The notes beneath the pieces are model-generated. The model had not been told where the DNA came from, ran no database searches, and was given only the letters and a program-made list of their open reading frames with translations. From a virus: a DNA stretch of 64,000 nt. Both the position numbers and the translations under genes were made by a program. Location: the IMG/VR virus record IMGVR_UViG_2974553163_000001, one strand, 5' to 3'. Below are positions 45,912 through 55,963 of this stretch, in pieces. Position 1 is the stretch's first letter. Every line of letters begins with the position of its first letter.

Positions 45912-47633
45912 ATGATTATTTTTAAATCTGTACGTTGGAAGAATTTTCTTTCAACTGGTAATGTCTTTAGTGAAATACAGTTAGATACAAGTCCTGCTAC
46001 ATTGATAGTCGGAGCAAATGGTGCGGGTAAATCCACATTCTTGGATGCCATGTGCTATGCGTTATTCGACAAACCTTTTCGTAAGATAACCAAAGGGCAA
46101 TTGGTTAATGCTGTGAATGAAAAGGATTTATTAGTTGAGTTAGAATTTGCTATTGGTTCACGTGAATACATGGTACGCAGAGGGCGAAAACCTAATCTGT
46201 TTGAAATCTATCTCAATGGTGAAAAAACTAAGGAAGAAGCATCTACCTTAGAACAGCAAAAATATCTGGAACAAAGTATTCTGGGGTTGAATTATAAATC
46301 ATTTACTCAGGTGGTGGTCTTAGGATCATCTTGCTTTGTTCCATTTATGCAACTCACTCCTCCCAACAGGAGAGAAGTTATAGAAGATCTTCTAGACATT
46401 CGTATCTTCTCCACTATGAATGGTATTCTAAAAGAACGTTGTAAAGGTATCAGGGAGAATATTAGAGAGGTAGAATATCAGTTTGAACTAGCAAAGAATA
46501 AGGTTGAGACACAACAAGCATTGATTGAACATCTTAAAGAACAATCAAATGCAAACACTACAAGACGTAAGGCAGAGATTAAGAATATTGAGAAAGAGAT
46601 ACAAGATATTACAATTCTTGTAGATAAAGATCTTGACTTGTCTAAATCATATGAAGAGTCCCTAGTGGAATATCAAACGGTTGATACTGATTTGTCACAA
46701 CTCCGTATCTATGAAAGTAGATTTAAAGACAAACAAAAATCATTTAAGAAAGAGTACAAATTTTTTGAGTCCAATGAACATTGTCCGACTTGTCAGCAAA
46801 CAATCACAGAAGAACTTAGAACTAATAAGAAATCTGGAATTACTGATCAACTCAAGGAAGTTGAAGAAGCAACAGAAAAACTCAGAGGAGAGTTAGATAG
46901 TATCTTAGTAAAGATAGAAGAGAAGAATGATATTGCAAAAGAGTTGTCACGTTGTCAGCAAGCAATCTCAGAATCACAAAGAGAGATACAGTATCGTAAG
47001 CGTCAGATAAAAGCAATTGAAAAGAAGATAGACGAAGCAACTGGTAGTGGTAGTAGTCTAAAGAAAGAGAAAGACAAACTTAAACAACTAGCAAAGGATG
47101 GATTAAAGGTAGAGGAATCCCTACTTGACGAGAAAAGAGTGCGTGACAACTATAATACTGTCACAAACATGTTGAAAGATACTGGAATTAAGAGTACTAT
47201 AATAAGGAAGTACCTACCAATTATGAATCAACTCATAAATAGGTATCTAAAGGAACTAGACTTCTATGTCTCTTTTGAACTCGATGAGAATTTCATGGAG
47301 ACTATCAAATCTAGATTCAGAGATGAGTTCTCATACGCATCCTTCTCAGAAGGAGAGAAGATGAGAATAGACTTAGCACTTCTCTTTACATGGAGAACAA
47401 TTGCTAAGATGAAGAACAGTGCCAATACTAATCTTCTTATCTTAGATGAAATCTTTGATAGTAGTTTAGATACATCTGGAACTGATGACTTCCTTAAGAT
47501 TCTACACACTGTGTCAGACAAAACTAATGTGTTTGTGATCTCACACAAGACAGAATCATTACAAGATAAATTTGCATCTACTTTAAAGGTAGAGAAAAAA
47601 CAAAACTTCTCAGTCATATCAAAGGAGGAATAA
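45912..47633 (+). CDS. g46: Recombination ATPase gp46 (Rad50/SbcC-like)
   Basis: Walker A GANGAGKST, Zn-hook CPTC, signature FSEGE and Walker B LILDE. Confidence 0.96.
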   Translation: MIIFKSVRWKNFLSTGNVFSEIQLDTSPATLIVGANGAGKSTFLDAMCYALFDKPFRKITKGQLVNAVNEKDLLVELEFAIGSREYMVRRGRKPNLFEIYLNGEKTKEEASTLEQQKYLEQSILGLNYKSFTQVVVLGSSCFVPFMQLTPPNRREVIEDLLDIRIFSTMNGILKERCKGIRENIREVEYQFELAKNKVETQQALIEHLKEQSNANTTRRKAEIKNIEKEIQDITILVDKDLDLSKSYEESLVEYQTVDTDLSQLRIYESRFKDKQKSFKKEYKFFESNEHCPTCQQTITEELRTNKKSGITDQLKEVEEATEKLRGELDSILVKIEEKNDIAKELSRCQQAISESQREIQYRKRQIKAIEKKIDEATGSGSSLKKEKDKLKQLAKDGLKVEESLLDEKRVRDNYNTVTNMLKDTGIKSTIIRKYLPIMNQLINRYLKELDFYVSFELDENFMETIKSRFRDEFSYASFSEGEKMRIDLALLFTWRTIAKMKNSANTNLLILDEIFDSSLDTSGTDDFLKILHTVSDKTNVFVISHKTESLQDKFASTLKVEKKQNFSVISKEE

Positions 47634-47833
47634 TGAGAGTCCCTAATTGGCAGCATCATTCCAAGAAGGAACAGAAACGCCACCTTAAACCACAAGCAAT
47701 GCGACAGGCACGTGCCAGAGTAAGACAGTTAAAAAAGTGTCACATCAACCCTCCCAAGCGGAGGGTTTCTTTGTATACTAGTATTATACAACAAAGCAAA
47801 AATCATGAACATCGTCAAAGAATCACTTGCTAA
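47633..47833 (+). CDS. Small basic hypothetical protein
   Basis: MRVPNWQHHSKKEQKRHLKPQAMRQAR. The 3' half overlaps the downstream promoter and is less certain. Confidence 0.55.
   Translation: MRVPNWQHHSKKEQKRHLKPQAMRQARARVRQLKKCHINPPKRRVSLYTSIIQQSKNHEHRQRITC
47724..47779 (+). promoter_or_regulatory. Putative early promoter, copy 1 (GACAGT-N7-GTGTCACA box, inverted repeat, TATACT)
   Basis: Box at 47724-47744, AACCCTCC/GGAGGGTT at 47747-47767, TATACT at 47774-79, then an A/C-rich leader to ATG 47805. Confidence 0.6.
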
Positions 47834-50030
47834 ACTACTTGCCACAGAGAATCTTATTGTAGAGCATCGTCCTGTAGAGACAGCACAGTTTGAAGTAATC
47901 AGCAGAGTCCTAACTCTTCCTACATGGGAGCACGAGTGCAACGATGTTATTGACATGTTCATCGCACATGAGGTAGGTCACGCACTATACACACCAGAAG
48001 ATAGTGACTGGTTAGAAGAAGTTCCTCAGTTATTCCTAAACGTAACAGAAGATATCCGTATCGAGAAACTTATCAAGCGTAGATATGAAGGTCTTCCTAA
48101 GACATTCTTCAAAGGTTATCAAGCACTTGACATTGACGAGTTCTTCGGTCTTAACAACAAAGATATTTCACAACTCAATCTTGCTGACAAGATCAATCTT
48201 CAATACAAGATCGGCAACTACAGAGACATCCCATTCACAACAGAGGAAGCAGCATTCCTTCCTAAGTGTGATGCTCTAGAAACATTTGACGATGCAGTTG
48301 CACTTGCTAAAGAGATCTTTATATTCTGCCAAGAGCAACTTGACAAGCAACAGAAAGAAGAAGCACCTCAGCAAGATGACGCTCTAGATTCAAACAATCC
48401 TCTAGAAGATCTATCTACAGGTAAGTCAGAAAACAACAATCCTGTAGAGTCATCTAATGCTCCTACAGAAGCAGGAGAAGAAGAAGGTCAGGAAGAAGCA
48501 ACAGACTTACAACCAATTGACATTCTTAAGGACAGAGATGCACAACCTACTGATGAGCAAGAAGAGTGGCATGGCAATCCAACTACACAAGCAGGACGTC
48601 AGAACGGTCCTACTGATGTTACTCCACAAGTATCTACTGCACAGGCAGCAACAGAGTCACAAAATAAATTTGTTAATAAGGAAGCAGGAGAGAACATCTA
48701 TATTGAGGTTCCTAAGATTCCTATCAAGTACAATGTTTCTAACCAAGAGATCTCAGACTATCTTTCAGATCACTATGCAAATGCAGATGCACTTAGACGT
48801 AGAACAGACTTTGCTGATGAGTATGATCTAGCACAAGCAAAATACAGAGTCCAAGATCTTGATAACTCAGATGCAGCATACAAAGCATTCAAGACATCTG
48901 CTAACAAAGAAGTTAATTATCTTGTAAAAGAGTTTGAGATGAAGAAAGCAGCAGATGGTTATGCACGTGCTACTACATCCAGAACTGGTGTTCTTGATAC
49001 TGCTAATCTTCACACATACAAATACAATGATGATCTATTCAAGAAGATCACAACAATCCCTGATGCTAAGAGTCACGGTCTAATCTTCAACGTTGATTGG
49101 TCTGGTTCTATGCATCATCAGATTCTTGATACTATCAAGCAAACATTGACACTTGTATCATTCTGTCGCAAGGTTGGTATTGACTATGATGTATATCTTT
49201 TCACTGATGCATATGAGTATCATGGAAGTTACCATGATGTTGCAAAAGAATCTTTGATTGACGGTAAAGTTATCCTTGACAACTTCAACATGCTCAATGT
49301 TTTATCAAGCAAAACAAACAAGAGAGTTGCAGACAGACAGCAACAGAATCTATTCCGTCTTGCATCATCCATCGTTCATTATGGTGGTGCTGCTGTTCCT
49401 ACAAAAGTAAGACTAGGTGGCACTCCACTTAACGAGTCTCTACTTGCTATGAATGACATCATCCCTGAGTTCAAGGCAAGAACAGGAGCACAGAAAGTTC
49501 ATGTTGTATGTCTAACTGATGGCGATGGCAATCCATTACGTGCGGGTAAGAAGTATGTTGATAGAGAAGGAACAGAGTCACTCTTCGCATCACACATGGG
49601 TGCAGGATACATCCTACGTGACCGCAAGACAGGTAGAATGTATAAGTTCTCATCTGACTACTACTCAGGACAGACAAGACAGTTTGTATCTTACTTACGT
49701 GACAGATTCCCTGAGTGCTCTTTCATGAACATCAGGTTACTAGGATCAGGTGAGTGGCACAGATTCAAAGTAGATTGTTTCGGTGACGAATACACAGAAG
49801 AGAATGTAGCACGTGCAAATGCAGAGTGGAAGAAAACAAAATCATTCATCTGTGCATCTTCATACTGGACAGTTCAGTATGGTCTAGCAGCATCAGCACT
49901 AAACACCGACGCTGAGTTTGAACCTAAGTCAGATTCAAAAGCAGATATCAAGAGAGCATTCGTTAAGTCTCTAAAAGGAAAGAAGATGAACAAGAAGATC
50001 TTATCTTCCTTCATCGAACAGATTGCATAG
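47805..50030 (+). CDS. HExxH metallopeptidase-like + von Willebrand A domain protein (partner of the AAA ATPase)
   Basis: AHEVGHAL near the N-terminus, an acidic linker, MIDAS VDWSGSM, GGTPL and LTDG. Confidence 0.8.
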   Translation: MNIVKESLAKLLATENLIVEHRPVETAQFEVISRVLTLPTWEHECNDVIDMFIAHEVGHALYTPEDSDWLEEVPQLFLNVTEDIRIEKLIKRRYEGLPKTFFKGYQALDIDEFFGLNNKDISQLNLADKINLQYKIGNYRDIPFTTEEAAFLPKCDALETFDDAVALAKEIFIFCQEQLDKQQKEEAPQQDDALDSNNPLEDLSTGKSENNNPVESSNAPTEAGEEEGQEEATDLQPIDILKDRDAQPTDEQEEWHGNPTTQAGRQNGPTDVTPQVSTAQAATESQNKFVNKEAGENIYIEVPKIPIKYNVSNQEISDYLSDHYANADALRRRTDFADEYDLAQAKYRVQDLDNSDAAYKAFKTSANKEVNYLVKEFEMKKAADGYARATTSRTGVLDTANLHTYKYNDDLFKKITTIPDAKSHGLIFNVDWSGSMHHQILDTIKQTLTLVSFCRKVGIDYDVYLFTDAYEYHGSYHDVAKESLIDGKVILDNFNMLNVLSSKTNKRVADRQQQNLFRLASSIVHYGGAAVPTKVRLGGTPLNESLLAMNDIIPEFKARTGAQKVHVVCLTDGDGNPLRAGKKYVDREGTESLFASHMGAGYILRDRKTGRMYKFSSDYYSGQTRQFVSYLRDRFPECSFMNIRLLGSGEWHRFKVDCFGDEYTEENVARANAEWKKTKSFICASSYWTVQYGLAASALNTDAEFEPKSDSKADIKRAFVKSLKGKKMNKKILSSFIEQIA

Positions 50031-50094
50031 TGCCAATCAAATTAGTGTCACATCTTTTATAGACAAGTCATATAAGATGTGGCATTATTATAAT
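50031..50094 (+). promoter_or_regulatory. Putative early promoter, copy 2
   Basis: GCCAAT-N7-GTGTCACA box, 15-bp imperfect inverted repeat at 50046-50060/50070-50084, and overlapping CATTAT/TATTAT/TATAAT at 50083-94. Confidence 0.6.
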
Positions 50095-50119
50095 ATACAA
50101 AACAATTCAACTTTACATC

Positions 50120-51184
50120 ATGCCTTTTGAAAGAAAACTCCCAGTAAATTTCGTAGATGAACTACGTGATGAGTTTGGTAACAACATAGATGCTTCTCAC
50201 GTGAAGAAGTTCTCAACTAAGTATGACGTAGGTTATGCTACAGTTGCACGCAAACTAAAACAGTTCCAAACTAAGCGTGGATCATGGAATCTAACTATAC
50301 AAGAAGGCAGAGAGATTCTTACAAAAGCACTCTCAGCACCCTCTGTAATCCCCTCAGTTGAACAAAACCTTATCCCAGAGGTAGTTGATACCTTTGTTCC
50401 ATTCGGTAACTTCAGCGATGTCAAAAAAATTATTCAATCAGGTATCTTCTATCCTGCATTCATCACAGGTCTATCAGGCAATGGTAAGACATTCTCTGTA
50501 GAACAGGCATGTGCTAAAGCAAACAGAGAACTCATCAGAGTCAATATCTCTATCGAGACAGACGAAGACGATCTCATCGGTGGATTCAGACTTGTTGATG
50601 GCAACACAGTATGGCACAACGGTCCTGTAGTCGAAGCACTTGAAAGAGGTGCAGTTCTATTACTTGACGAGATCGACCTAGCATCTAACAAGATACTATG
50701 TTTGCAATCTATTCTTGAAGGCAAAGGTGTCTTCCTTAAGAAGATCGGTAAGTATGTAAAACCTTCAAAAGGTTTCACTGTTGTTGCTACTGCTAACACA
50801 AAAGGTAAAGGTTCTGAGGATGGCAGATTCGTAGGCACTAACGTTCTTAACGAAGCATTCCTTGAGAGATTCCCTGTTACCTTTGAGCAGAACTATCCTC
50901 ATCCTACTACAGAGCAGAAGATGCTTGATCTATTGTCAGCAGACAAAGAGTTCAACAAGAGACTTTGCGACTGGGCAGACATCATCCGTAAGACATTCTT
51001 TGACGGTGGTATCGACGAGGTTATCAGTACAAGAAGACTTGTGCATATCGTAAAAGCATATGAGATCTTTGGCAATCGTGCTAAGGCAATCACTGCTTGT
51101 ATCTCACGTTTTGACGAAGAGACTAAGGAAGCGTTTCAGCAACTTTACGATAAGGTTGACGCTGACGTATCCTTTGAGGTATAA
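50120..51184 (+). CDS. MoxR/CobS-like AAA+ ATPase
   Basis: Walker A GLSGNGKT, LIGGF, Walker B LLLDEID, ATANT, NEAFLERF and STRRL motifs. Confidence 0.9.
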   Translation: MPFERKLPVNFVDELRDEFGNNIDASHVKKFSTKYDVGYATVARKLKQFQTKRGSWNLTIQEGREILTKALSAPSVIPSVEQNLIPEVVDTFVPFGNFSDVKKIIQSGIFYPAFITGLSGNGKTFSVEQACAKANRELIRVNISIETDEDDLIGGFRLVDGNTVWHNGPVVEALERGAVLLLDEIDLASNKILCLQSILEGKGVFLKKIGKYVKPSKGFTVVATANTKGKGSEDGRFVGTNVLNEAFLERFPVTFEQNYPHPTTEQKMLDLLSADKEFNKRLCDWADIIRKTFFDGGIDEVISTRRLVHIVKAYEIFGNRAKAITACISRFDEETKEAFQQLYDKVDADVSFEV

Positions 51185-51185
51185 T
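51156..51185 (+). promoter_or_regulatory. sigma70-type promoter at the end of the AAA gene
   Basis: TTGACG (51156-61), 18-nt spacer, TATAAT (51180-85). Confidence 0.55.
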
Positions 51186-51186
51186 A

Positions 51187-51597
51187 GTGGCATACTGGTT
51201 ACTCTATGACATTTTGGAAGAAGAAGGACTACTCGGAGAATATGGGTTCCCCTCATTGGGGGACGATGTTCCATACTACTCTCCCCCAGAAATTACTGGC
51301 AACATTGAGATCAATACAGAACAACCCCAATTCAAGTTTGATGAGGACGTGGTTCTTAGTCTCATGAAAGACTACATTGGTGAGACTTACACCAAACACT
51401 ATGTGAGTGGAAACAAATTCCAAACTCTAGATTTTATTCAAGCACTCGGTGATGCCAAAGGGTTCTGCCGAGGTAATGCTATGAAATACTTAAGTCGTTA
51501 TGACAAGAAAGGGACACCTACACTTGACATAAAGAAAGCAATGCACTATTGTGTATTATTATATTACTTCTATACTATGGAGGAAGCAAGTAAATGA
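51187..51597 (+). CDS. DUF3310-like hypothetical protein
   Basis: TYTKHY...QTLDFI...GFCRGNAMKYLSRYDKK...DIKKAMHY pattern. The GTG start is uncertain. Confidence 0.65.
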   Translation: MAYWLLYDILEEEGLLGEYGFPSLGDDVPYYSPPEITGNIEINTEQPQFKFDEDVVLSLMKDYIGETYTKHYVSGNKFQTLDFIQALGDAKGFCRGNAMKYLSRYDKKGTPTLDIKKAMHYCVLLYYFYTMEEASK

Positions 51598-52262
51598 AAC
51601 TGTCTAAAGGGACACTTGACATACTGAAGAACTTTTCCAATATTAATCCGTCAATTACCTTTAAGGAAGGACAGGAATTATCTACACTATCAATCCAGAG
51701 AAACATTCTTTCTCGTGCAGTTGTAGAAGAAAAGTTTCCAAAAGCATTTGCAATATATGACCTAGGAGAATTCCTATCTGGTCTATCATTGTTTGACAAT
51801 CCTGATTTTGATTTTCAGAATGACAACTACGTAGTCATCAAAGATAAAAAATGTCAATCAAGATATTTCTTTGCTGACCCATCAACAATCACAGCACCTC
51901 CAGAAAACAGAGCAGAGATCCCTAGTAAGGATGTGTGTTTTATTGTTCCATGGAATGATCTAAACAATTTGATTAGAGCAGCATCTATCTATAGTGTTGC
52001 TGATCTTGCAGTTATTGGTGATGGTTCAGAAATTAATCTTGTTGTGCGTGACAAAAAGAATGATACATCAAACAACTATTCCGTAAGAGTAGGAACTACT
52101 GATGCTACATTCACATTTAATTTTAAGGTAGAATATTTAAAACTTCTTCCTGCAGATTATGAAGTTACTATCAGCAAACATAATGCAGCATTGTTCAGAG
52201 ATCCGAACAAAGATTTAGAATATCTTATTGCATTAGAACCAGACTCTGTGTATAATGGGTAA
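51594..52262 (+). CDS. g45: Sliding clamp gp45
   Basis: MKLSKGTLDILKNFSNINPSI, FAIYDLGEFL and YFFADPSTI motifs. Confidence 0.95.
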   Translation: MKLSKGTLDILKNFSNINPSITFKEGQELSTLSIQRNILSRAVVEEKFPKAFAIYDLGEFLSGLSLFDNPDFDFQNDNYVVIKDKKCQSRYFFADPSTITAPPENRAEIPSKDVCFIVPWNDLNNLIRAASIYSVADLAVIGDGSEINLVVRDKKNDTSNNYSVRVGTTDATFTFNFKVEYLKLLPADYEVTISKHNAALFRDPNKDLEYLIALEPDSVYNG

Positions 52263-52276
52263 TATACCATTGTGCC

Positions 52277-52777
52277 ATGAATATATTTGTTACCGACCCT
52301 GACCCTGTTGCTTCTGCACAGGTGCTACCTGACAAACACATTGTCAAGATGCCACTAGAAACATGTCAAATGTTATCTATCGTTGCGTCTTCCAAGTGGG
52401 GTCATGGTTTTGGCACATTGCCTAAACTCAATGGCGAACCATACAAAACAGACAAGGGTGCATTCCGTAATCATCCTTGCACTATCTGGGCACAAGATAA
52501 TTACACGTGGTTAATACTACATGGTCTTGCCCTGTGTGCAGAATACACTCATCGTTACAGCAAAGTACATAGTTGCCAACCAACTATCGAGTATGCTAAG
52601 ATGATATTCCCAGACTGGTTACCTCAACCAAAGTCTTTTACACGTGCTATGCCTGATGAGTTTAAATATGACACAAGCATTGACACTTTTACTGCTTACA
52701 AGAATTACATTAGCAGCAAACCTTGGGTTGCATCTAATTATTTACGTGACCCATCCAGAAAACCGTATTGGTTATGA
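52277..52777 (+). CDS. Pyrimidine-dimer DNA glycosylase (DenV/Pyr_excise)-like protein
   Basis: MNIF...DKHIVKMPLETCQMLS...NHPCTIW...EYTHRYSKVH pattern. Confidence 0.75.
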   Translation: MNIFVTDPDPVASAQVLPDKHIVKMPLETCQMLSIVASSKWGHGFGTLPKLNGEPYKTDKGAFRNHPCTIWAQDNYTWLILHGLALCAEYTHRYSKVHSCQPTIEYAKMIFPDWLPQPKSFTRAMPDEFKYDTSIDTFTAYKNYISSKPWVASNYLRDPSRKPYWL

Positions 52778-52784
52778 TTAAATT

Positions 52785-53726
52785 ATGAATGAATTTCTTT
52801 GGGTAGAAAAGTATCGACCTAAGAATATTGAACATTGTATCCTTCCTGATGATTTGAAGAAAACCTTCAAGTCTTTTGTTGATGCAGGAGAAGTTCCTAA
52901 TCTTCTCTTGTGTGGCACAGCAGGGATCGGTAAGACTACAGTTGCAAAAGCATTGTGTCATGAACTGGGTGTGGATTCTATTGTTATCAATGGATCTGAT
53001 GAAGGTAGATTTCTTGACACAGTAAGGAACAATGCAAAACAATTTGCATCTACTGTTTCTCTTACGTCTAGTGCAAAACATAAAGTTATTATTATAGATG
53101 AAGCGGACAACACTACACATGATGTGCAGTTGTTATTGCGTGCATCTATAGAAGAGTTTCAAAGTAATTGCAGATTTATTTTTACCTGTAATTTTAAAAA
53201 TAAAATTATACAACCTCTTCATTCAAGAACAACTGTTATTGATTGCAACACTCGTGGAAAACAGAAACAACAGATTGCTACACAATTTTTTGAGAGGTGT
53301 CGTGGAATACTTACTGCAGAGAATATACAATTTACTGATGCTGTGGTCGCTGAGGTCGTCCAGAAGTTCTTCCCAGACTTCAGACGCACCCTCAACGAAT
53401 TGCAAAGGTATGCAGCGTCAGGGGTCATCGACACTGGCATTCTGGCACAGATAAGTCAAGTTCGATTAGAAAAACTTGTAGGTGCATTGAAGGCAAAAGA
53501 CTTCGGTGCTGCTCGCAAATGGATCGTTGCTAATTTAGATAATGATCCTAATGCTATACTGAGGACAGTGTATGATAATCTTTATGAATCTCTTACACCA
53601 ACTAGCATACCTCAAGCGGTATTGATTATTGCCAAGTATCAATACCAATCAGCATTTGTTGCTGATCAGGAAATAAATCTCTTGGCAGCATTAACTGAAA
53701 TTATGGTGGAGTGTCAATTCAAATGA
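52785..53726 (+). CDS. g44: Clamp loader large subunit gp44
   Basis: LWVEKYRP, GTAGIGKTT, IIIDEAD, SRT and PDFRR motifs. Confidence 0.96.
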   Translation: MNEFLWVEKYRPKNIEHCILPDDLKKTFKSFVDAGEVPNLLLCGTAGIGKTTVAKALCHELGVDSIVINGSDEGRFLDTVRNNAKQFASTVSLTSSAKHKVIIIDEADNTTHDVQLLLRASIEEFQSNCRFIFTCNFKNKIIQPLHSRTTVIDCNTRGKQKQQIATQFFERCRGILTAENIQFTDAVVAEVVQKFFPDFRRTLNELQRYAASGVIDTGILAQISQVRLEKLVGALKAKDFGAARKWIVANLDNDPNAILRTVYDNLYESLTPTSIPQAVLIIAKYQYQSAFVADQEINLLAALTEIMVECQFK

Positions 53727-53989
53727 CTAACAAACGTGAAAAAATTAGAGCACAAATGAAATCTAGATTTTATTATATGTTCTGGGGTGCAGCAACCGTT
53801 GCTGTTGTAAGCGGACAACTTTATGTCGGCACATCTTATCGTATTATGGCAAGATCAATGAACAGATGGTTTGAAGAAACTATTGATATCATGACTGACC
53901 CAATAAAAAGAAGAACTGCACCACAACCTGATGGATACTATATGCCTGTTCCAACTCCAGAAGATTATGGAATGACAATAGTACAATGA
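53723..53989 (+). CDS. Small hypothetical membrane protein
   Basis: ATGA overlap with g44; hydrophobic segment FYYMFWGAATVAVVSGQLYVG. Confidence 0.6.
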   Translation: MTNKREKIRAQMKSRFYYMFWGAATVAVVSGQLYVGTSYRIMARSMNRWFEETIDIMTDPIKRRTAPQPDGYYMPVPTPEDYGMTIVQ

Positions 53990-54153
53990 AAAAGTCTGAA
54001 CTAATACATTGGAGATTACAGGCAATGCTAAGAGAGCATACCTTTAGTGACCTAGCATACCTAGGCATAAGAGAAGATCAGCATTGGTATAGTATAGATG
54101 GTAATGAAATACCAGTAGATGCAATAGAAGAACTAGAGTCTGTCGAAGAATGA
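53986..54153 (+). CDS. Small hypothetical protein (not in the ORF track)
   Basis: Manual translation MKKSELIHWRLQAMLREHTFSDLAYLGIREDQHWYSIDGNEIPVDAIEELESVEE (55 aa). ATGA overlaps at both ends. Confidence 0.65.
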   Translation: MKKSELIHWRLQAMLREHTFSDLAYLGIREDQHWYSIDGNEIPVDAIEELESVEE

Positions 54154-54983
54154 AAACACCACTACGATATCCTGGCGGTAAGTCAAGAGCAGTTCCTAAG
54201 TTATGTCAGTGGTTGCCTGAGAACATTACAGAGTATCGTGAATCATTTTTAGGTGGTGGTAGCATGGCAATCGAGATGACAAAACGTTATCCTGATTTAC
54301 CTATCTGGGTCAATGATCTATACAAACCATTATATAATTTCTGGTTAGTATTGAGAGACGATGGAGACTACCTGTATGATCAACTCATACAATTAAAACA
54401 AAGACATCCTGATCAAGGATCTGCTAGACAATTATTTTTAGATGCTAAGGAGAAAGTAAATGAATTGGATATTGGATACAAAGATAAAGCGGTTGCTTTT
54501 TATATCATTAACAAGTGTAGTTTCTCTGGTCTTACTGAAAGTTCTTCCTTCTCACCACAAGCAAGTGATTCCAACTTCTCCATACGTGGTATTGAGAATC
54601 TCAAATACTATTCTAGGTTAATAAAGAATTGGAAGATTACATGTCTAGATTACAGTAAGTTACAATCTGATGAGAGTGATGTATTCTTATATGCAGATCC
54701 ACCTTATAATGTAAAAGATAACCTCTATGGTTATAAAGGTCAAATGCATAAAGGTTTTGACCATGGATTATTTGCTGATATCATGGATGCACATTTGTGC
54801 AATGTTATGATATCTTATAATAACCATCCCGATATCATTCACAGATTTGAGGAGTGGTATCAGTATGACTTTGCTCATACATATACAATGAGATCTACAG
54901 GTACATACATGATAGATCAAACAAAACGTCGTGAACTAATTTGTCTTAATTATGGAAAATATAGGAGTCAGAGTGTTGCCTAG
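54150..54983 (+). CDS. dam: DNA adenine methyltransferase (Dam/D12-like, alpha class)
   Basis: LRYPGGKS, ESFLGGGS and YADPPY motifs. Target sequence cannot be determined from this. Confidence 0.88.
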   Translation: MKTPLRYPGGKSRAVPKLCQWLPENITEYRESFLGGGSMAIEMTKRYPDLPIWVNDLYKPLYNFWLVLRDDGDYLYDQLIQLKQRHPDQGSARQLFLDAKEKVNELDIGYKDKAVAFYIINKCSFSGLTESSSFSPQASDSNFSIRGIENLKYYSRLIKNWKITCLDYSKLQSDESDVFLYADPPYNVKDNLYGYKGQMHKGFDHGLFADIMDAHLCNVMISYNNHPDIIHRFEEWYQYDFAHTYTMRSTGTYMIDQTKRRELICLNYGKYRSQSVA

Positions 54984-55161
54984 TGGATACTGCCAACTCT
55001 ACAATACACGTAGAGGAGGTTTATCTACATTCGCACCTCATTCAAAATCAGCAATCATCATGGGTGAAGAAGTCCATGTTCAAAGTATCGAGGGTAGCAC
55101 ACACATATATCGTGTGAATAATTCTAGAACTGGTGTCGTAGGTCCTATTAGATCGTTCTAA
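54952..55161 (+). CDS. Small hypothetical protein
   Basis: 69-aa ORF filling the gap between dam and g62. Confidence 0.55.
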   Translation: MENIGVRVLPSGYCQLYNTRRGGLSTFAPHSKSAIIMGEEVHVQSIEGSTHIYRVNNSRTGVVGPIRSF

Positions 55162-55544
55162 TGAAGCATGAACTAAAGGACTGGTTAAACTCTATCAACT
55201 TCACTAAAGAGAACTTGATAGAAGATCCAGATATGATATCATCCTATCCTCCATACATTGTCAATAGGTGTTTGTCAGGACATCTAGACACTGTACTGTT
55301 TGCAAATGAAATGAACAAGTACAGTAACCTTGATAAGGATATGCAGTATTCTTTCTTCCTATATACTTTGAGGAAAAGGAAAAGATTTTCTCCTTGGTTG
55401 AAGAAAGAACAAGTCGATGACTTGGATCTAGTAAAAAAACACTATGGATATAGTAATGAGAAAGCGAAGATCGCAGTAGCTCTTCTAACCAAAACCCAAA
55501 TTGAATACATTCGTAACAAACATGACATGGGAGGACTACGATGA
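55161..55544 (+). CDS. g62: Clamp loader small subunit gp62
   Basis: DWLNSIN, YPPYIVNRCLS and RKRKRFSPW motifs; lies before regA. Confidence 0.92.
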   Translation: MKHELKDWLNSINFTKENLIEDPDMISSYPPYIVNRCLSGHLDTVLFANEMNKYSNLDKDMQYSFFLYTLRKRKRFSPWLKKEQVDDLDLVKKHYGYSNEKAKIAVALLTKTQIEYIRNKHDMGGLR

Positions 55545-55963
55545 CTGCGATCACTGAGGAAGTTCAATGGACTACCGATAGTATGATAGAGGTAGGTCTA
55601 AGAGAACCAGACGACTTTTTAAAGGTTCGTGAAACACTGACGAGAATTGGAGTAGCATCCAGAAAAGAAAAGAAACTATATCAATCTTGTCACATACTGC
55701 ATAAGCAAGGAAAGTATTACATAGTGCATTTTAAAGAATTGTTTGCACTCGATGGAAAGAAAGCAAACCTGAGTCTTAATGATGTACAACGTAGGAATCG
55801 CATAGTACAGTTACTAGGTGATTGGGGTTTGGTATCAATCAATAACAAAGAGAGTATTACTGACGTAGCACCTCTGAGTCAGATCAAAGTTCTTGCCTAT
55901 AAAGAAAAGGGTGATTGGACTTTGGAAAGTAAATACAACATAGGAAAGAAGAAGGAGGAATAA
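55541..55963 (+). CDS. regA: Translational repressor RegA
   Basis: PDDFLKVRETLTRIGVAS...LYQSCHILHKQGKYYIVHFKELF. Confidence 0.97.
   Translation: MTAITEEVQWTTDSMIEVGLREPDDFLKVRETLTRIGVASRKEKKLYQSCHILHKQGKYYIVHFKELFALDGKKANLSLNDVQRRNRIVQLLGDWGLVSINNKESITDVAPLSQIKVLAYKEKGDWTLESKYNIGKKKEE

Noticed and set aside
50120-51184. Calling the AAA ATPase a cobalamin-biosynthesis gene (cobS)
   Set aside because: Only generic MoxR-type AAA motifs are visible, there is no cobN or other cob gene in the window, and the vWA partner fits a general MoxR-vWA chaperone.
52241-52256. Promoter at tgtgTATAAT at the end of g45
   Set aside because: It has a perfect -10 but no convincing -35 or correctly spaced TGn extension; it remains possible but is not supported well enough to list.
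54150-54983. Assigning GATC specificity to the dam-like methylase
   Set aside because: Family motifs do not fix the target sequence; a methylome is needed.
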